From Octopus vulgaris (taxonomy: Eukaryota), in the NCBI GenBank assembly GCA_951406725.2, contig OX597814.1, forward strand, positions 144,708,001-144,772,000: a stretch of DNA of 64,000 nucleotides, read 5' to 3'. Positions 13,608 to 27,340 of this stretch are shown piece by piece. The notes below the pieces were generated by a model. It saw nothing but the letters and a program-made list of their open reading frames with translations, searched no databases and had not been told where the DNA came from. A program made the translations under genes and the position numbers. Each line of letters starts with the position of its first letter. Positions within the stretch are counted from its first letter, which is position 1.

Positions 13608-13938
13608 ATAATTGTAGGTGCCCCAGGTATGATAAAAAAGGGACGTCAGAAGTATCTAGATAAGATCCCAGGAGAACCATTTCTCAGAGAAATCCAAAAG
13701 ATTGTACTGACAAGTGCTGCCCACATCCTTAGAAAAACCTATCCATTTAAATGTCTGTGTTATATTATATGAGGATATTTCGTTACTGCCTCTGCCACTT
13801 CCCCTCCCCAAGCTTTCAGTCTGTGTTGTATTAGATGAAAAATTTCGCTACTTCCTCTCCCAAAGCTTTCAGTCATAATGTAACGTCTCTTATTTTTCAC
13901 TCGCAAATGACTGTGACAAACATGCAAATCAAAAGTAA
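13608..13938 (+). mobile_element. R4/Dong 3'-end fragment with 3' UTR, followed by (TAA)n
   Basis: IVGAPGMIKKGRQKYLDKIPGEPFLREIQKIVLTSAAHILRK; homologous to 52838-53640(-). Confidence 0.75.
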
Positions 13939-13951
13939 AATAATAATAATG

Positions 13952-14027
<76 letters not shown>

Positions 14028-14029
14028 TA

Positions 14030-14200
14030 ATCTTTTCAACTATAGGCACAAGGCCTGAAATTTTAGGGGAGGGAGGGGACTAGTCGATTACATCGACACC
14101 AGTGTTTTACTGGTGCTTAATTTATCGACACTGAAAAGAATTTGAACCCAGAACGTAGCGCCAGATGGAATACCGCTAAGCATTTCGCCCGGCGTGCTAA
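14030..14200 (-). mobile_element. SINE family A copy
   Basis: aggcacaaggcctgaaattt...gtcgattacatcgac...ccgctaagcatttcgcccggcgtgctaa. Confidence 0.75.
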
Positions 14201-14238
14201 TAATAATAATAACAACAACAACAATAAAAATAAAAATA

Positions 14239-15510
14239 AATGGTGAGGAAGCTAATGGTCCGAATCTAGTGAAGGCTGTAAATACTTGGGCAGTATCATT
14301 ACTTAGATAATCAGCAGCTTTTGTAGATTGGACAAAAACTGAATTAGCAAAGCTAGACAGAAGAACTAGGAAGGAATTCAATATGAATGGAGTACCCCAC
14401 CCAAGGGCAGAAGTAGCAAAATTATACCTGCCTAGAAAGGAAGGCGGAAGAGAGTTAATATCAGTAGAAGACTGTGTGGAGTTAGCTAGAGTAGATATAG
14501 ACTCCTATGTAGTCTATAGTGAAGAAAGTTTATTAAAAGCTGCTAGAGTCACAGCAAGACACAGGGAAACCAAAAATCCAAATGAAGTTAAAAACCAGAA
14601 AAAAAGAATAGAAATTATCTGACTGACAGGAGAAGGCGTTGCATGGTAGATTTCCAAAGATAGTTGCAGCAAATAGTAGTAGTGAGACATGGTTATGGTT
14701 GCAGAAAGGAAAGCTAAAGAGGGAGACAGAAAGTTTGTTAGTAGCTGCATAAGATCAAGCATTGAGGACTAATTGAATAAAAACCAAGATAGACAAAAAC
14801 CAAATAGATTCCCAATGTAGATTATGTAAATCAAAAGTGGAAAGCGTCACTCATATAGTAAGTGAATCTAGCATGCTGGCACAGAAAGAATACTAGAAAA
14901 GACATGACAATCTAGGGAGAGCAATCCACTGGGTGCTATGAAGAAAGCTAGGAGTTGAACATACTGATAAATGGTATGAATACAAACCTAGTGAAGTATT
15001 AGAAAGTAATACCTTAACATTCAGACTGACAGAGTAATAGAAGCTAGAAGATCTGATTTGGTAGTAATAGATAAAGAGAATAGAAAGTGCCAGATAATTG
15101 ACTTTACAGTCACAAATGATGAAAAAATTATTATGCGAGGTATAGAAAAAATAGTCCCAAATGATGAAACAATTAATATGAGAGGTATAGAAAAAATAGC
15201 AAAGTACCAGGACCTAGCTATTGAATTACAGAGACTATGGAAAGTGCGGGTATCCCAGTAGTTATAGGTGCATTGGGAACTATCCTTAAAGATCTGAACA
15301 GATGGGTAGAGGAAATAGGCATAGACCCCAGTTTAGTACAGTTCCAGAAAACAGTGTCATTAGGGATAGCTAGGATACTTAGAAGGGTTCTTGGCATCTA
15401 AGGTTACTTGCTGTAACCCAATAGGATGGTTCTTGACGTCTAAGGCTACTTTTTGTAGCCCGATGTTAGGATTCTTTTCTTTTCCAACAGCCTAATCTGT
15501 TGAGTGTATA
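14239..15510 (+). mobile_element. 5'-truncated R4/Dong-clade retrotransposon (RT C-term, CCHC finger, REL endonuclease), pseudogenised
   Basis: NLVKAVNTWAVSLLR, LDRRTRK, HPRAEVAKLYLPRKEGGR, CRLC...ESVTHIVSE, RHD, DLVVIDK...IIDF, KYQDLAIELQRLWK, VIGALGTI; flanked by (TAA)n and (TAC)n. Confidence 0.9.
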
Positions 15511-15514
15511 TGAA

Positions 15515-15562
<48 letters not shown>

Positions 15563-15588
15563 GCTACCACTACCTTCACCTCCACTAT

Positions 15589-15621
<33 letters not shown>

Positions 15622-15651
15622 CAACACCACCATCACTACCATCACTACCAT

Positions 15652-15729
<78 letters not shown>

Positions 15730-15745
15730 CACCACCACTACTACC
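15515..15745. repeat. (TAC/CAC)n trinucleotide microsatellite
   Basis: Direct reading. Confidence 0.95.
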
Positions 15746-15769
15746 AACAGCATCCCGATTACCGTTACT

Positions 15770-16022
15770 AATAATGGTTTCAAATTTTGGCAGAAGGCCA
15801 ACAAGTTCGGGGGAAAGGTTAAGTCATTTACGTCGGCTCCCAGTATTCAGCTGGTACTTCTTTTATCGATCCCGCCCACGCCCCCGCCAACCGAAAAAAA
15901 TGAAAGGCAAACTAGATCTTGGGCGGAATCCGAAAAGTCAGAACGTAAAAGAACCGGAAGAAATGCTGCCTCAGCAATTTTTGCCCGAGTCCTCTTAACG
16001 ATTTTCGGCAGCTCACCACCTT
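15770..16022 (-). mobile_element. SINE family A copy (degenerate)
   Basis: ggtttcaaattttggc...ctggtacttc...gaaaggcaa...ggcagctcacc. Confidence 0.7.
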
Positions 16023-16424
16023 AGCAACAACAACAACAACAACAACAACGACAACGACAACGACGCTGATGATGATGATGACGACGACGATGATGATGAT
16101 GATAGTAATAATAACAGATCTGGCTCTATCAGTATGACATAGCTGCTCTTTTGTTGGTATTGAGAAAACGCTAAAGCAATTTATTCATACATATTTGATT
16201 AGTCTGTAAGTTGATTGAAATATCCTATGAAGGCTCCGCTGTAATCTGACTATTTTTGCTTTAAACAATGATAATCTATTATAGGAAGAACTGAACATCT
16301 GATTCACGAAGCTAACAACATAGTATCTTGGCCGGAAATTACAATACGTGTTGTTTCATCATAGTCACAGACTATTCTAAAGATTTGATATTGGTAGACC
16401 TTGGAGAAAGGGTTTTTATTGGCG

Positions 16425-16865
16425 ACAGTGGTGGTGGTGATGGTGGCGACGTTGGCGATGATGGAGGCAGTGGTGATGATGTGGTAGTCGTCATGATGAC
16501 GTTGATGGTGGTGGTGGTGGTGGTGGTGGTAACGATCTTGATGTTCGTGGTGATAGTCATAGTGGTAGCAGGAATAGAGGTGGAGCGAGTGGTGATGGCG
16601 GTGGCGATGGTGGTGACGGTGTTGATGGAGAGGGTGATGGCGGCGGCTGTGTTGTCGGAGATTGTTGTTGTTGGTGGTGATGGTGGTGATAGTGGCGAGA
16701 GTTGTAGCAATAGCAGTGATAACAGAAGTAGTGACGACGGTAGAGATGGTGGTGGTGGTGGTGAAGGTATTAGAGTTGATGTTGGCTTGGGTGGTGTTGG
16801 TAGTGTTGTTGATATCGTTGCTGATGTTGTTGTTGGTATTTGTAGTAGTAGTAGTAGTAATAGTG
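16425..16865. repeat. Degenerate (GGT/GAT/GTT)n low-complexity tract
   Basis: Direct reading; explains the poly-V and poly-T ORFs. Confidence 0.85.
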
Positions 16866-16899
16866 GTTCAAAAATAAAAGAAAGAATGGAAAGAGTGTT

Positions 16900-17320
16900 C
16901 TTCCACCAACGGGTCCAGGAGTAATGTGTGACAGAGAACATGGCCTTCGTTGATTCCACAAAGGCATTCGACGCGGCAAAATGGTGAAGCCTGTGATAAA
17001 TTCCCAGAAAGTCTCAGGGACAGTTCACTCGTGTAAGAGAATCTCAAGACACTGGCCTGAGGGCAGTAATGACACAGACGAATTCCATCTCTACACTGGG
17101 AGTAAAGCAAGGATGTGTGCTAACACCAACGTTATCCTCACCTTATTTGACAGCGATGCTGAACGGCGAAGTTCGGAGGTTAATAGAAGGTATATACGTA
17201 CAGAGAAGACTGATGCCAACCTGTTTAAGGTGTTGCCTATTAAAGCTAAGACCAAGATCACGCATGTTTTAATTACAGAAATTTTGTTTGATGATGATTA
17301 TGCCATTATCTCCCACAGAG
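16900..17320 (+). mobile_element. RTE/BovB-like LINE reverse transcriptase fragment
   Basis: AFVDSTKAFD, GVKQGCVL, NLFKVLPIKAKTK, TEILFDDDYA (FADD-like). Confidence 0.8.
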
Positions 17321-17348
17321 CATGCACAGGCTGGTGGTTGTCTTCGAA

Positions 17349-17406
<58 letters not shown>

Positions 17407-17493
17407 CTTTCTATGTATTTCGATCGAATCCCCTGCCAATTAATACGGGGTCTCCTAACGACAATGTAAACTCCATATAATCAAGGTATCCTT

Positions 17494-17580
17494 GGCCTGA
17501 AGAGTAGCTTTCGATCTACCCCCTTGTTTTGGATAATTTACAACTTCCAAGGTTCTGCTAGCTATGAGACATATGTAACC
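17494..17580 (+). ncRNA. Degenerate hammerhead-like motif with long stem II, in a ~210-bp unit between (TA)n tracts
   Basis: ggc-CTGAAGA-gtagc...gctat-GAGA-c-atat-g-TA-acc; same family as 61398-61480. Confidence 0.5.
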
Positions 17581-17640
17581 TGGATTTTATCCACTCCATT
17601 CCCTAATTTTTAGATGTTTATATATATATATATATACACG

Positions 17641-17688
<48 letters not shown>

Positions 17689-17748
17689 TATAAATAAAGA
17701 AAGGAAGAGAGAAAGAGAAAGACAGGTATGCATGTATATTATACATGT

Positions 17749-17788
<40 letters not shown>

Positions 17789-18615
17789 TTGTGTGTGCAC
17801 AATTCCATTGAAATATACTGCCTTGATTTAACACAGGTATGATGCTTTACTAATAACTGGTTCATGAGTTTCTTACCTAACAAATTCTTATATAATCATA
17901 CGGCAACACATTTATGGCTCTACAGATTTTCTTGTGATTGCTTACAGAGTTATTTAATGCCTTTTTAAAATGTAGAATCACGAAAATCACATCATATAAT
18001 GACACACATAGCTACTACATACATATATAAACACATATATGAATGTATTATTGCATATATACATACATCCCTGAAATCAAAATTAAAAAAAAAAACGATT
18101 GTAGCTGATGCTATAAATCTTTCAAAAAGAATATTCTAAGGTGACAGCCTATATGTGCTTCCGTACTAAATTTCTTGTCATTTCTTTTACAAAAAAATCA
18201 GTAGCTACATGCATGAACCTTCAATAGCAAGAGACATTAATGTGACACTTTATTTCTTTGAGGATGATTTAAAAAACCTACGTTGGTAATATTTACAATG
18301 CTACAGTGGATTTACCAGCAACGTTATAACTTGATATAACAATGGGATTTGTCTGGAGAAATTATAAATTATAGTCGACAGAAAAACTACTTCCCAAACC
18401 AAGAATCTTTACAGCAATGGCCTCTCTCTCTCTTTTTTCTCTCTCTCTCCATTTATTTATCTATCTGTCTGTCTCACACAATGACTACTACAAATACCCA
18501 AGTATTGTCGAATATATATCATATAAAATGATATAAGCAAAGAAAAATCTGACCAAAGTGTACTGTATCATACATAGAATATATGGCAGTAGGAGATATA
18601 ATCTTACAATCAAGT

Positions 18616-18822
18616 TACAAGGTGGGGCTGAAAAGTTCTTGGCTTTAAGGGTATCCCAAAAGGCCTGGTTGAGTTTTTTTTTACAAGGTTAAGAAAAACT
18701 GAAGGACCGCTGCAATAAGTGTGTGAATCTGAGAGGGGAATATGTTGGATAAAATCACAATTAGCTTATCTTCCTGTATTTTCTGTTACCCAAAGCAAGG
18801 AACTTTTTAGCACGCCCTCGTA
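18616..18822 (+). mobile_element. Mariner-derived MITE with ~30-bp TIRs and TA ends
   Basis: tacaaggtggggctgaaaagttcttggcttt / aaagcaaggaactttttagcacgccctcgta; internal KCVNLRGEYVG resembles the mariner C-terminus. Confidence 0.85.
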
Positions 18823-19069
18823 ATAGTGTTTGTATTAAATTAGAAATACCTGTCGAAGGAACTGGCTCCGTAGATATTAAAACCCTCAAGATTTTGCCAT
18901 CAGTAGGAACATCCCATGGATCGGTAATGAACCTATCAAGAGTTTCCTTTAGATGCTCCATGCGACACAAGAACTATTACTAGCATACTCGACAAAGACT
19001 TAGTGATGGAGCACTCTGCACGCTCAAACAGAGAAGATTACGTTTACTTACATTTAAGAATGATACTAA

Positions 19070-19612
19070 TATCCTTTCTACTATAAGCTCAAGGCCTGAA
19101 ATTTTGGGGAGGGGGTTAGTCGATTACATAGACCCCAGTTTTCCACTGGTACTCATTTTATCGACTGCGAAAGGACGAAAGACAAAGTCAACCTCAGTGG
19201 AATTTGAACTCAGAACGTAAAGACGGATGAAATGCCGCTAAGCAGTCTATTCGGCGGTCTAACGATTCTGCCATTTAATATCGGTTTCAAATTTTGGCAC
19301 AAGGGCAGCAATTTCGGGGGAGGGTTGGGTCGATTACATCAACCCTAGTGTTCAACTGGTATTTATTTTATCGACCTCGGAAGGATGAAAAGCTAAGTCG
19401 ACTTCGGTGGAATTTGAGCTGAGAACGTAAAGACGAATGAAATGATGCTAGGCATTCTGTCCGGCATGCTAGCGATTCTACAAGGTTGCGGCCTTAAAAA
19501 CGACACTAAAATGAAACTTTAGTAGAAGTCACTTACGCAAGGATTCACGCAGTGGGAGTGAACTCGGAACCATGTGGATGGGAAGCAAGCTTCTTACCAC
19601 ACAGCTACGCCT
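19070..19612 (-). mobile_element. Two SINE A copies plus a SINE B head
   Basis: Family A core twice; cttcttaccacacagctacgcc head. Confidence 0.8.
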
Positions 19613-19719
19613 GGGTGTAAAAAATAAGTAGCCAGCAAGCCGCTACAGGGAATCGATCTCTGTGCCTCTTTCGACTGAGTACTCTGTACCATTGAGCACT
19701 TACATTCATTTGAATATAA

Positions 19720-20060
19720 GGAGGTACAAGGAATTCTAGTGACTACCTCAGTTAAAATTTCAAGGAAATCGCAAGGTAAAACATAGTAAAATTTATAAAC
19801 CTCAGAATGTTTTGCCCATGAAAACATTCTTTCAGCATTAATGAGAAAGAGGGCATGTCTGGAAAGATACTTCGAATCCAAGAGATTCTCTGTGCAGACT
19901 ATAACTATTGGTGCACTAGGTTACGTTAGAAGATGCCTTAGTAGTAATCTAAAAAAATCTGGAGTTTTTCAGGCAAAGAATATAAGCTAACATGCGCTTT
20001 ACAATATCAGACTGTTAGTGGAATAGTAAAAATATGAAATGCTTTTCTAAAATTGAAATA
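19720..20060 (+). mobile_element. Decayed 3' end of a restriction-like-endonuclease LINE
   Basis: TIGALGYVRRCLSSNLKK...LQYQTVSGIVKI. Confidence 0.45.
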
Positions 20061-20244
20061 TAACCATTTATCATTGCTGTTATCTTAATTCCAGCTACGG
20101 AGTTTTGTTTCTTTGTTAGAAAACCATCCCTCTTATTTATAGGAATAATGCAAAGAATTTAAAAAGAAAGATACTACTTATATGTATACAGTCTGTTCAG
20201 GATAAATTTGATTGTTTGCATACAAGGTAAAAAAAAACCCCACA

Positions 20245-20245
20245 G

Positions 20246-20341
<96 letters not shown>

Positions 20342-20583
20342 CATGTATGTATGTATGTATGTATGTATGTATGTATGTATGTATGTGTGTATGTATGAAT
20401 GTATGTATGTACGTATGCATGTAAGTTCGTATATATATATATATATATATATATATAAGTATATATGTATGTATATATATATATGTATGCATGTATGTAT
20501 GTATGTATGTATGTATGTATGTATGTATGTATGTATGTATGTATGTATGTATGTATGTATGTGTGTCTGTATATATATATATA
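20245..20583. repeat. (TA)n/(TATG)n compound microsatellite
   Basis: Direct reading. Confidence 0.95.
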
Positions 20584-21187
20584 TGATGTGACTCTCTTCT
20601 CCATACTGTGGTCTTCCTCCATTCTTCTGTAATTCCCCTTTTTCCCCCTTCCCATCACCGTTTTCTACTCCTCCTCTCTCTCTCCTCTTTCTCTTTTCAC
20701 CCCTCTCTCTCTCGTTGCTCACACGGGACCATCATCCATCTTTCTTTTCCTGCCTGGACATTCAAAAGAGTGGAACGTTTTGTTCTCTCTCTCTTTTATC
20801 TTTTCAAAAAAATATTTCTCATAGCATTCACTATTTTCATCTCGTTTTGGTCTAACGACCCTCCATGTTTGTTTTCGTTTGGTTTCCTTGTATGTCTTCA
20901 CTGTCATGTTTTTGTTCCCAGCTTTGACCGTCCATAAACCCTAAATTTTATTTTAGAATTTATGGGAACAACTGTCTTTGAAGACTCATATTGTCGTAGA
21001 ATTCTCGAAATGCGGAGTGAATAGACAGCCAAAAACTGATGAAGGGACCTTTCTCGGTTTTTATTTTTCCTGTTCTCCATTTTTTCTCGTTGTACATGTA
21101 TTTCATGTTGTTTGAACCGTTGGCGACGTGCTGTACCCATATATGCATTATATATATATATATACACTATGTGTTATTTACTATTTA

Positions 21188-21253
<66 letters not shown>

Positions 21254-21392
21254 GTATGTATATACATATGTATATATATATGTAATTGTTTTGAGAAAGA
21301 AGATTGATTAGAAATCTTCTAACAATGCATAGGTTTGGACTTAGAAGTGCTTAAGAGTAACTTTTAGACGAAAGATATACATACATACATAA

Positions 21393-21489
<97 letters not shown>

Positions 21490-22359
21490 CGTATGTGTGT
21501 GTGTGTAGACACACACACATATAGTTATTATTGTATGTATTTATGTATGAATATATGTATGTATGTAGGAAAAACAGCGTTAACCCAACAACTTATTTAC
21601 ATTGGATTATATGAAATATTTCTTCGCTACGTGAAATTTTGCTTAGAGAATGATAACTGACTCTGATAATAACAGCAACACCTACCGTATTCAGAAATTT
21701 ATGAGCAATCGAAGACTGCGTAAGTTTTCTTTTTATTTCATTTGGTCTTTCGGTTTAAATCAAGATCTATTCCAGTGATATCAGAAATCCACCTAAACTT
21801 AAACTACCTCACAGCTAATCGACTTCGAAAATAGACATTTTTCGTCGTTTTGAAACTTGGTAGTCACAAACAGTAATTGTTATTCGAATCCTTATAATGT
21901 TAGCCAAACTTTCAAAAGACATTCAAAACCATCTAAAAGACGCCATAGACGAGAACGATAAAAATTCAAACAAATCGCTAACACTATCATACCAACATTA
22001 CAATCATCTTCACTCCGCACACATAAATCTCCACGGATCCAGCGATTATAACCGTAGAATATATATATATGAAAGTAGAAATAATTTACAGTTTAAGGAG
22101 AATTTTTCCGAATTCTCTCGGCTATAATTAGATAACTGACCGTTTATGGTCTTAAAAATTATCGATCATATCCCTAGAGACAACATAACAACAGACGATA
22201 ACATCGACGGCTGAAAAATAAATTCATATCTGAATACAGATACTATTGTTCGAAAAAATTATTCAGTCGATGTCTGTAGTGTATGAGCCAATGAAAGTTC
22301 TTAACGTAAATCATACATTCAGGTGCATAGCAACACTAGATCAGAGTCAACGAGGGAGC

Positions 22360-22535
22360 CAGTATTGGATTTAGGCATTAGCTAAACAAGCTACAGCATA
22401 GGGCCTCAAATTTGTAATGAAATAAAAGTAATTAAAAATCATATGTTTTCAATTTTTGTGAGACTTTCGGCTTTAATTTCTTTCAAAAAGGCCTTACAAA
22501 ATATATTTAGGGCCTCACCATATCTAATCCAGCAC
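22360..22535. mobile_element. Putative MITE with short TIRs
   Basis: cagtattggatttag / ctaatccagcacta termini; internal tagggcctca occurs twice. Confidence 0.45.
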
Positions 22536-23379
22536 TACAAGGTTTTAAGTAGTGCTTTGACCTGCAAGAAATAGGAGCCAAATCTCTCTCAAATCATCCC
22601 TTATGAAACGACAGATTGAATAAAATTGTCCAGAGTATACTATTCCAGCAGAAAGGTCATGGATGGAATGTCCTCAATCATAGCTTTGTATGCTGCATCA
22701 CAGCTGTGTTGGGGATCAAACATCAACTGCCGCAAAACTAGAAAATATCACTAACATTCTCAACAGAATTGGATATGTAGATAAGGCATGAAGTTAGTAA
22801 TAAATTCACCGCGAACTAACTACAGCATACGTGAAGAACGACAAAAATGCACATTAATGTCACGTTTTGAACATTTGAAAAGAAGTTAACTCTACAATGT
22901 GAAATCAAGAAGGATGCGAGAAACTCTGTTACCAAAGAAAACAAGGGAAAAAATCCAGAAAAAAACAAAAAACAAAAAAACAGAAAACAAAAACTCATGA
23001 ATTATAAGCTTGTCTCTAACCAATGCACCGGACGAAAACAAAACAAAACCATCTCCTTCTCAGGAATATCTTAAATCCTTTTGGTCGTAGATCTGAAATG
23101 GTAAGAAGCAATTCATCTATAGCATATAATTGGTGAGTTTAATCTTAAAGGAACACTGTATTAACAGCTTCATAAAACATACATCATAAACTCTGAAACA
23201 CTCACTAAAACTGTAGTAAAGCTGCATTATTCAAAGGAATCACAAAAAACATTAATAGTTGTATACTAGTACTTGATGTTGATGTTCTACAGAAATTCGC
23301 TGATATCTTTTACAAAAATAGTGTTATATGGTAGAATCTTTAACAAGAAATATCAATGTAATCCATAATTTCTTTGTTG

Positions 23380-23830
23380 GCAATACTGGAAATATCAACA
23401 TTGCTGAGAAGCGGCTAGGCTTAATAATAATGTTTTCTAATGATATAAGGCTGGAATTTAGCCTTGAAAGAAAACTACTTCTTAAAAGAAAAACATTCAC
23501 GCTAATAGTCTGTATCTTTTCTTCTCACAATAAATGATGCGAAATACTTAAGTATTTACCAAACGTATGATATAATGGGATTGAGAAGAAAAGTGACCAA
23601 AAATATTACATCAGACTATAAAAACATGGCAGTCGGTGCTAACTTTCCTCTTACATTAAGACAATAGTTAATATTTCACAGTACTGCAACCAACATTTTA
23701 GATATTTTATTAACTATAAAGAAATCTGCTTCATTGACATTAAAACTAACAAGAAGCGCCCATAAAAGTGAAGCGCCTATAAAAACAATCATATCGAAAT
23801 ACGCTGTCTTTGGAAATCAAAGAAAATACT
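23380..23830 (+). mobile_element. Highly decayed R4-type RT fragment
   Basis: MFSNDIRLEFSLE, resembling the conserved FSxDIxMEFGLxKC motif. Confidence 0.5.
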
Positions 23831-25602
23831 TAAGGTCAGTCCAGTGATCTTTGAGTGTCATATGATATTTTCATGCGGTATCTGATGATAAATAGATGGC
23901 TTTCCGTCGCTCGACAACGAAGATTTATTCATTAAATTAATAGGGCAGTTGAATTATTTGCTCCTGAATTAAGTGGGTGAGTATTCTGCAAACTCGTAAG
24001 TCGGTAAGCATTCTACGTAAGTGGGTGACTACCCTTAACGTAATTCTCATCAAAAATAAGCGTGACGCAGTTTGTGTGACAAGGTTGTATCTTTGAATTG
24101 CAGGTTCAAATCATCTAATGGGTTTCCATACAATTTTCTTCTACTCAGTTTCACTTACAAAGTATGAGTAACGAAAAGGACATTTGCCTTAGATGCCCCG
24201 CAGTGGGCTTGAATCCGGGGCCTCGTGATTGCGAAGCGAACTTCTTAACCATTCGACTACACTACACCCACGCATGAGATAACCAGCAGCAACTAAAAAA
24301 AACAAAAAACAAAAAAAAAAAAACAACAAAACATCAACCAAGTTTCCAATATATGGGGAACAATACTGTCCAAGCTGGAAGAAAAGTTCTTTAGAAGTAC
24401 TTACTTTTTTTCAAGAGATACCGAAGCTCCTATTCTTAGACACTTTAACGGAAGACACAACTGGGCGGGCGACTGGAAACCGTGCAGAAACTATGGAAGC
24501 ATTGTCAAAGGCTTACATGTTATCCAGACTGCTGCGACGAGAGATCTGTCGTCTGTTTGTGGCTCAAAGAGTATTGATTGCGCTTGAGAACAAGATTATC
24601 TATGCAACAAATAATATAGTTACAAACACTTGTGCGACTCGAGGAATGTAGTCCTCTACATGTCTGACGTGGTTAAAAAAACTCCAAAGAAAATACAAAG
24701 TGTCCAGAGATTATAAACGTTACAGGATTTAGGTAAGAGTAACATTTTATGTGCGATTACATACACACACCCGCGAACGTACAAAAGCACACATCTTTGA
24801 CCTTCCTTCGTTTTTGAAGATGAGCAAAACTTCATCTTTTATAAACTGGCATCAGTTCTGAAAGAGTTACAGTAATAGAGAATGCAACCGCGCAGACAAC
24901 AGAAGGTTTGTTACTATTCCTATCTATATTACACATTCACTACGATGAAACTACGAAGGGCGTGACTAACACAACAAAAAATTCACAGCTTGTCTCTGGT
25001 TTGAAGAAATTCGAATTGTGACTTGCGCTGAATTTGGATTATAGTGACTGAGGCCTACACCAGACGATCAGTTTTATTCTATCGTCTCGGGCTTCCTGAA
25101 TCTGTAGCAAGACGAACTGAGACCGCTGGAGGTATATCAAGAATGCAGATGATCAGGGCGATTTACGCATCTTCCTGCGTTCTGAGATATGCGTCCTACA
25201 GCTATGTTGAAACTTGATCACTGATGGTTGAAATTCTTCTGAACAGTTCGCCGGAATCCAGTCTTTATACGCATAAGGTGATAACCATATGAACAAAATC
25301 TTACTGAGAGTTTAAAACATATCCGCTACTCTCAGTCTAGTTTGACCGATTTTCCACTACCGCTACACAGAAAGTGGCGCACTGCTGGAGCTACCGACGA
25401 AAGCTGGGTGACAAGTGGAAGCCAGTGTTCTGAAAAAAAAAAGAGTTGACAGCAACCTGTCAAAGGTATCGCCCCCACTTTCATATATTTATCAAAGGGC
25501 AGATAATCTCAACTTCATCTAGCCTTATATATATATACGTTTATATATTTGTTTTGCAATATTTTTGATGAGAAATCGTGTGTTGAAACATATATTTTCG
25601 TA

Positions 25603-25760
25603 TTTAGGAATGGTCATTTTGCCAGTTTAGCCAATAAAAACACACGCACTATATAAGATTAAGATTAATGTAAAAAATAAATAACGCTGTAGCAAAGTAA
25701 CACCAAATATATAGTGCGCGTGCTTTTATTGGCTAAACTGGCAAAATGACCATTCCTAAA
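25603..25760. repeat. Inverted repeat, arms 25603-25655 and 25708-25760
   Basis: tttaggaatggtcattttgccagtttagccaataaaa...cactatata and its reverse complement. Confidence 0.9.
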
Positions 25761-26802
25761 AACAACAATATATATATATATACGTGCTTAGATACATTTG
25801 TAAGTAGAACAGTAAAAATATGCAAGACTTCTTAAAGTTCGATATGTAACAATTATCGTCGTTGTTATTCAAACTCTACTGATGGAACTTTTGTCTCTTC
25901 TCTCCTCCTAGAAAGAATATTGATAAATTAAAAGAAGAAATAGACATATATACATACGGACAGAGATATTTAAAACTTACAAGTTATAAATCCCGATTTT
26001 TCAAGTTTGTTACTTTAATTATCAATATACTTAATCATATTATTAAAAGTTTGGACAATAACCTTGACGGAAAACAAAACGAAGAAAAAGATACCAAAAC
26101 TACTAAGAAAAATCTTGCTAGTTGCATATTCATTTTGAAAGCGAGGCGGTAAAAAGTAGTATTGGCGATCCTTCCGAAGCTCAGCAAGGGATTCCAAAGT
26201 GTTATTGTTTAAAATGATTGCAAATGAAGGAGACTTGTTTCATAGATAGAAACCAGCTGCTTCTATATTGGCTGAATTTCAAGAATAAGAAAATGTATTA
26301 TACTTTACACAAGCATGTGTACTTGTAGCTACACTAGAATGGTGTAGGAAGTTATTTCGAAGTCAATTTATTCAGGAAACCACGGAGATTTTGTATTATT
26401 AATTTAATTTTGTTTAGTCTATTTCAAGGCTATGATGGAAGGAGAGTTTATTTGTTTTTAAGATAAGTTTCTTCTTACTGAACATTTTTCTGTCAAACTA
26501 ATTCTCTTACCAGCAAGTTTCTTATTTAAACAATCTTTTATTTCTAAACAGAAATAGGCAACAACAACTGCAACAATAACAATAATAATTCACTGCAACA
26601 ACAACAACAACAAAAACGGTAAATAAAACAACAACAATAACGACTGCAATAACAAAAACAATATATGAGTGATGAATTTAATTTATCTTTAGACAAACTT
26701 AACTTAGTTTAACTACGAATGAATATTTTGCCCCTTGGCTGTCTCTCTCTTTTTTCTTCTGATTTCTTTCTCTTAGTTTTGGAATTCGAATCAGAAACTC
26801 TA

Positions 26803-27340
<538 letters not shown>

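Noticed and set aside
15466-16959. Mucin-like poly-Thr/poly-Val ORFs
   Set aside because: (TAC)n and (GGT)n repeats fused to SINE sequence
18850-18975. Possible minus-strand exon RMEHLKETLDRFITDPWDVPT
   Set aside because: Resembles the FKxxLDxFLxxxPDxP C-terminus of CR1-type LINEs; no good acceptor
20970-21055. ttgaaga...gaaa and ctgatgaag hammerhead-like words
   Set aside because: Could not assemble stems II and III consistently; probably a decayed PLE tail but unsupported
26120-26290. Two ATTGG boxes and octamer-like words suggesting a promoter
   Set aside because: Short motifs expected by chance; no linked gene
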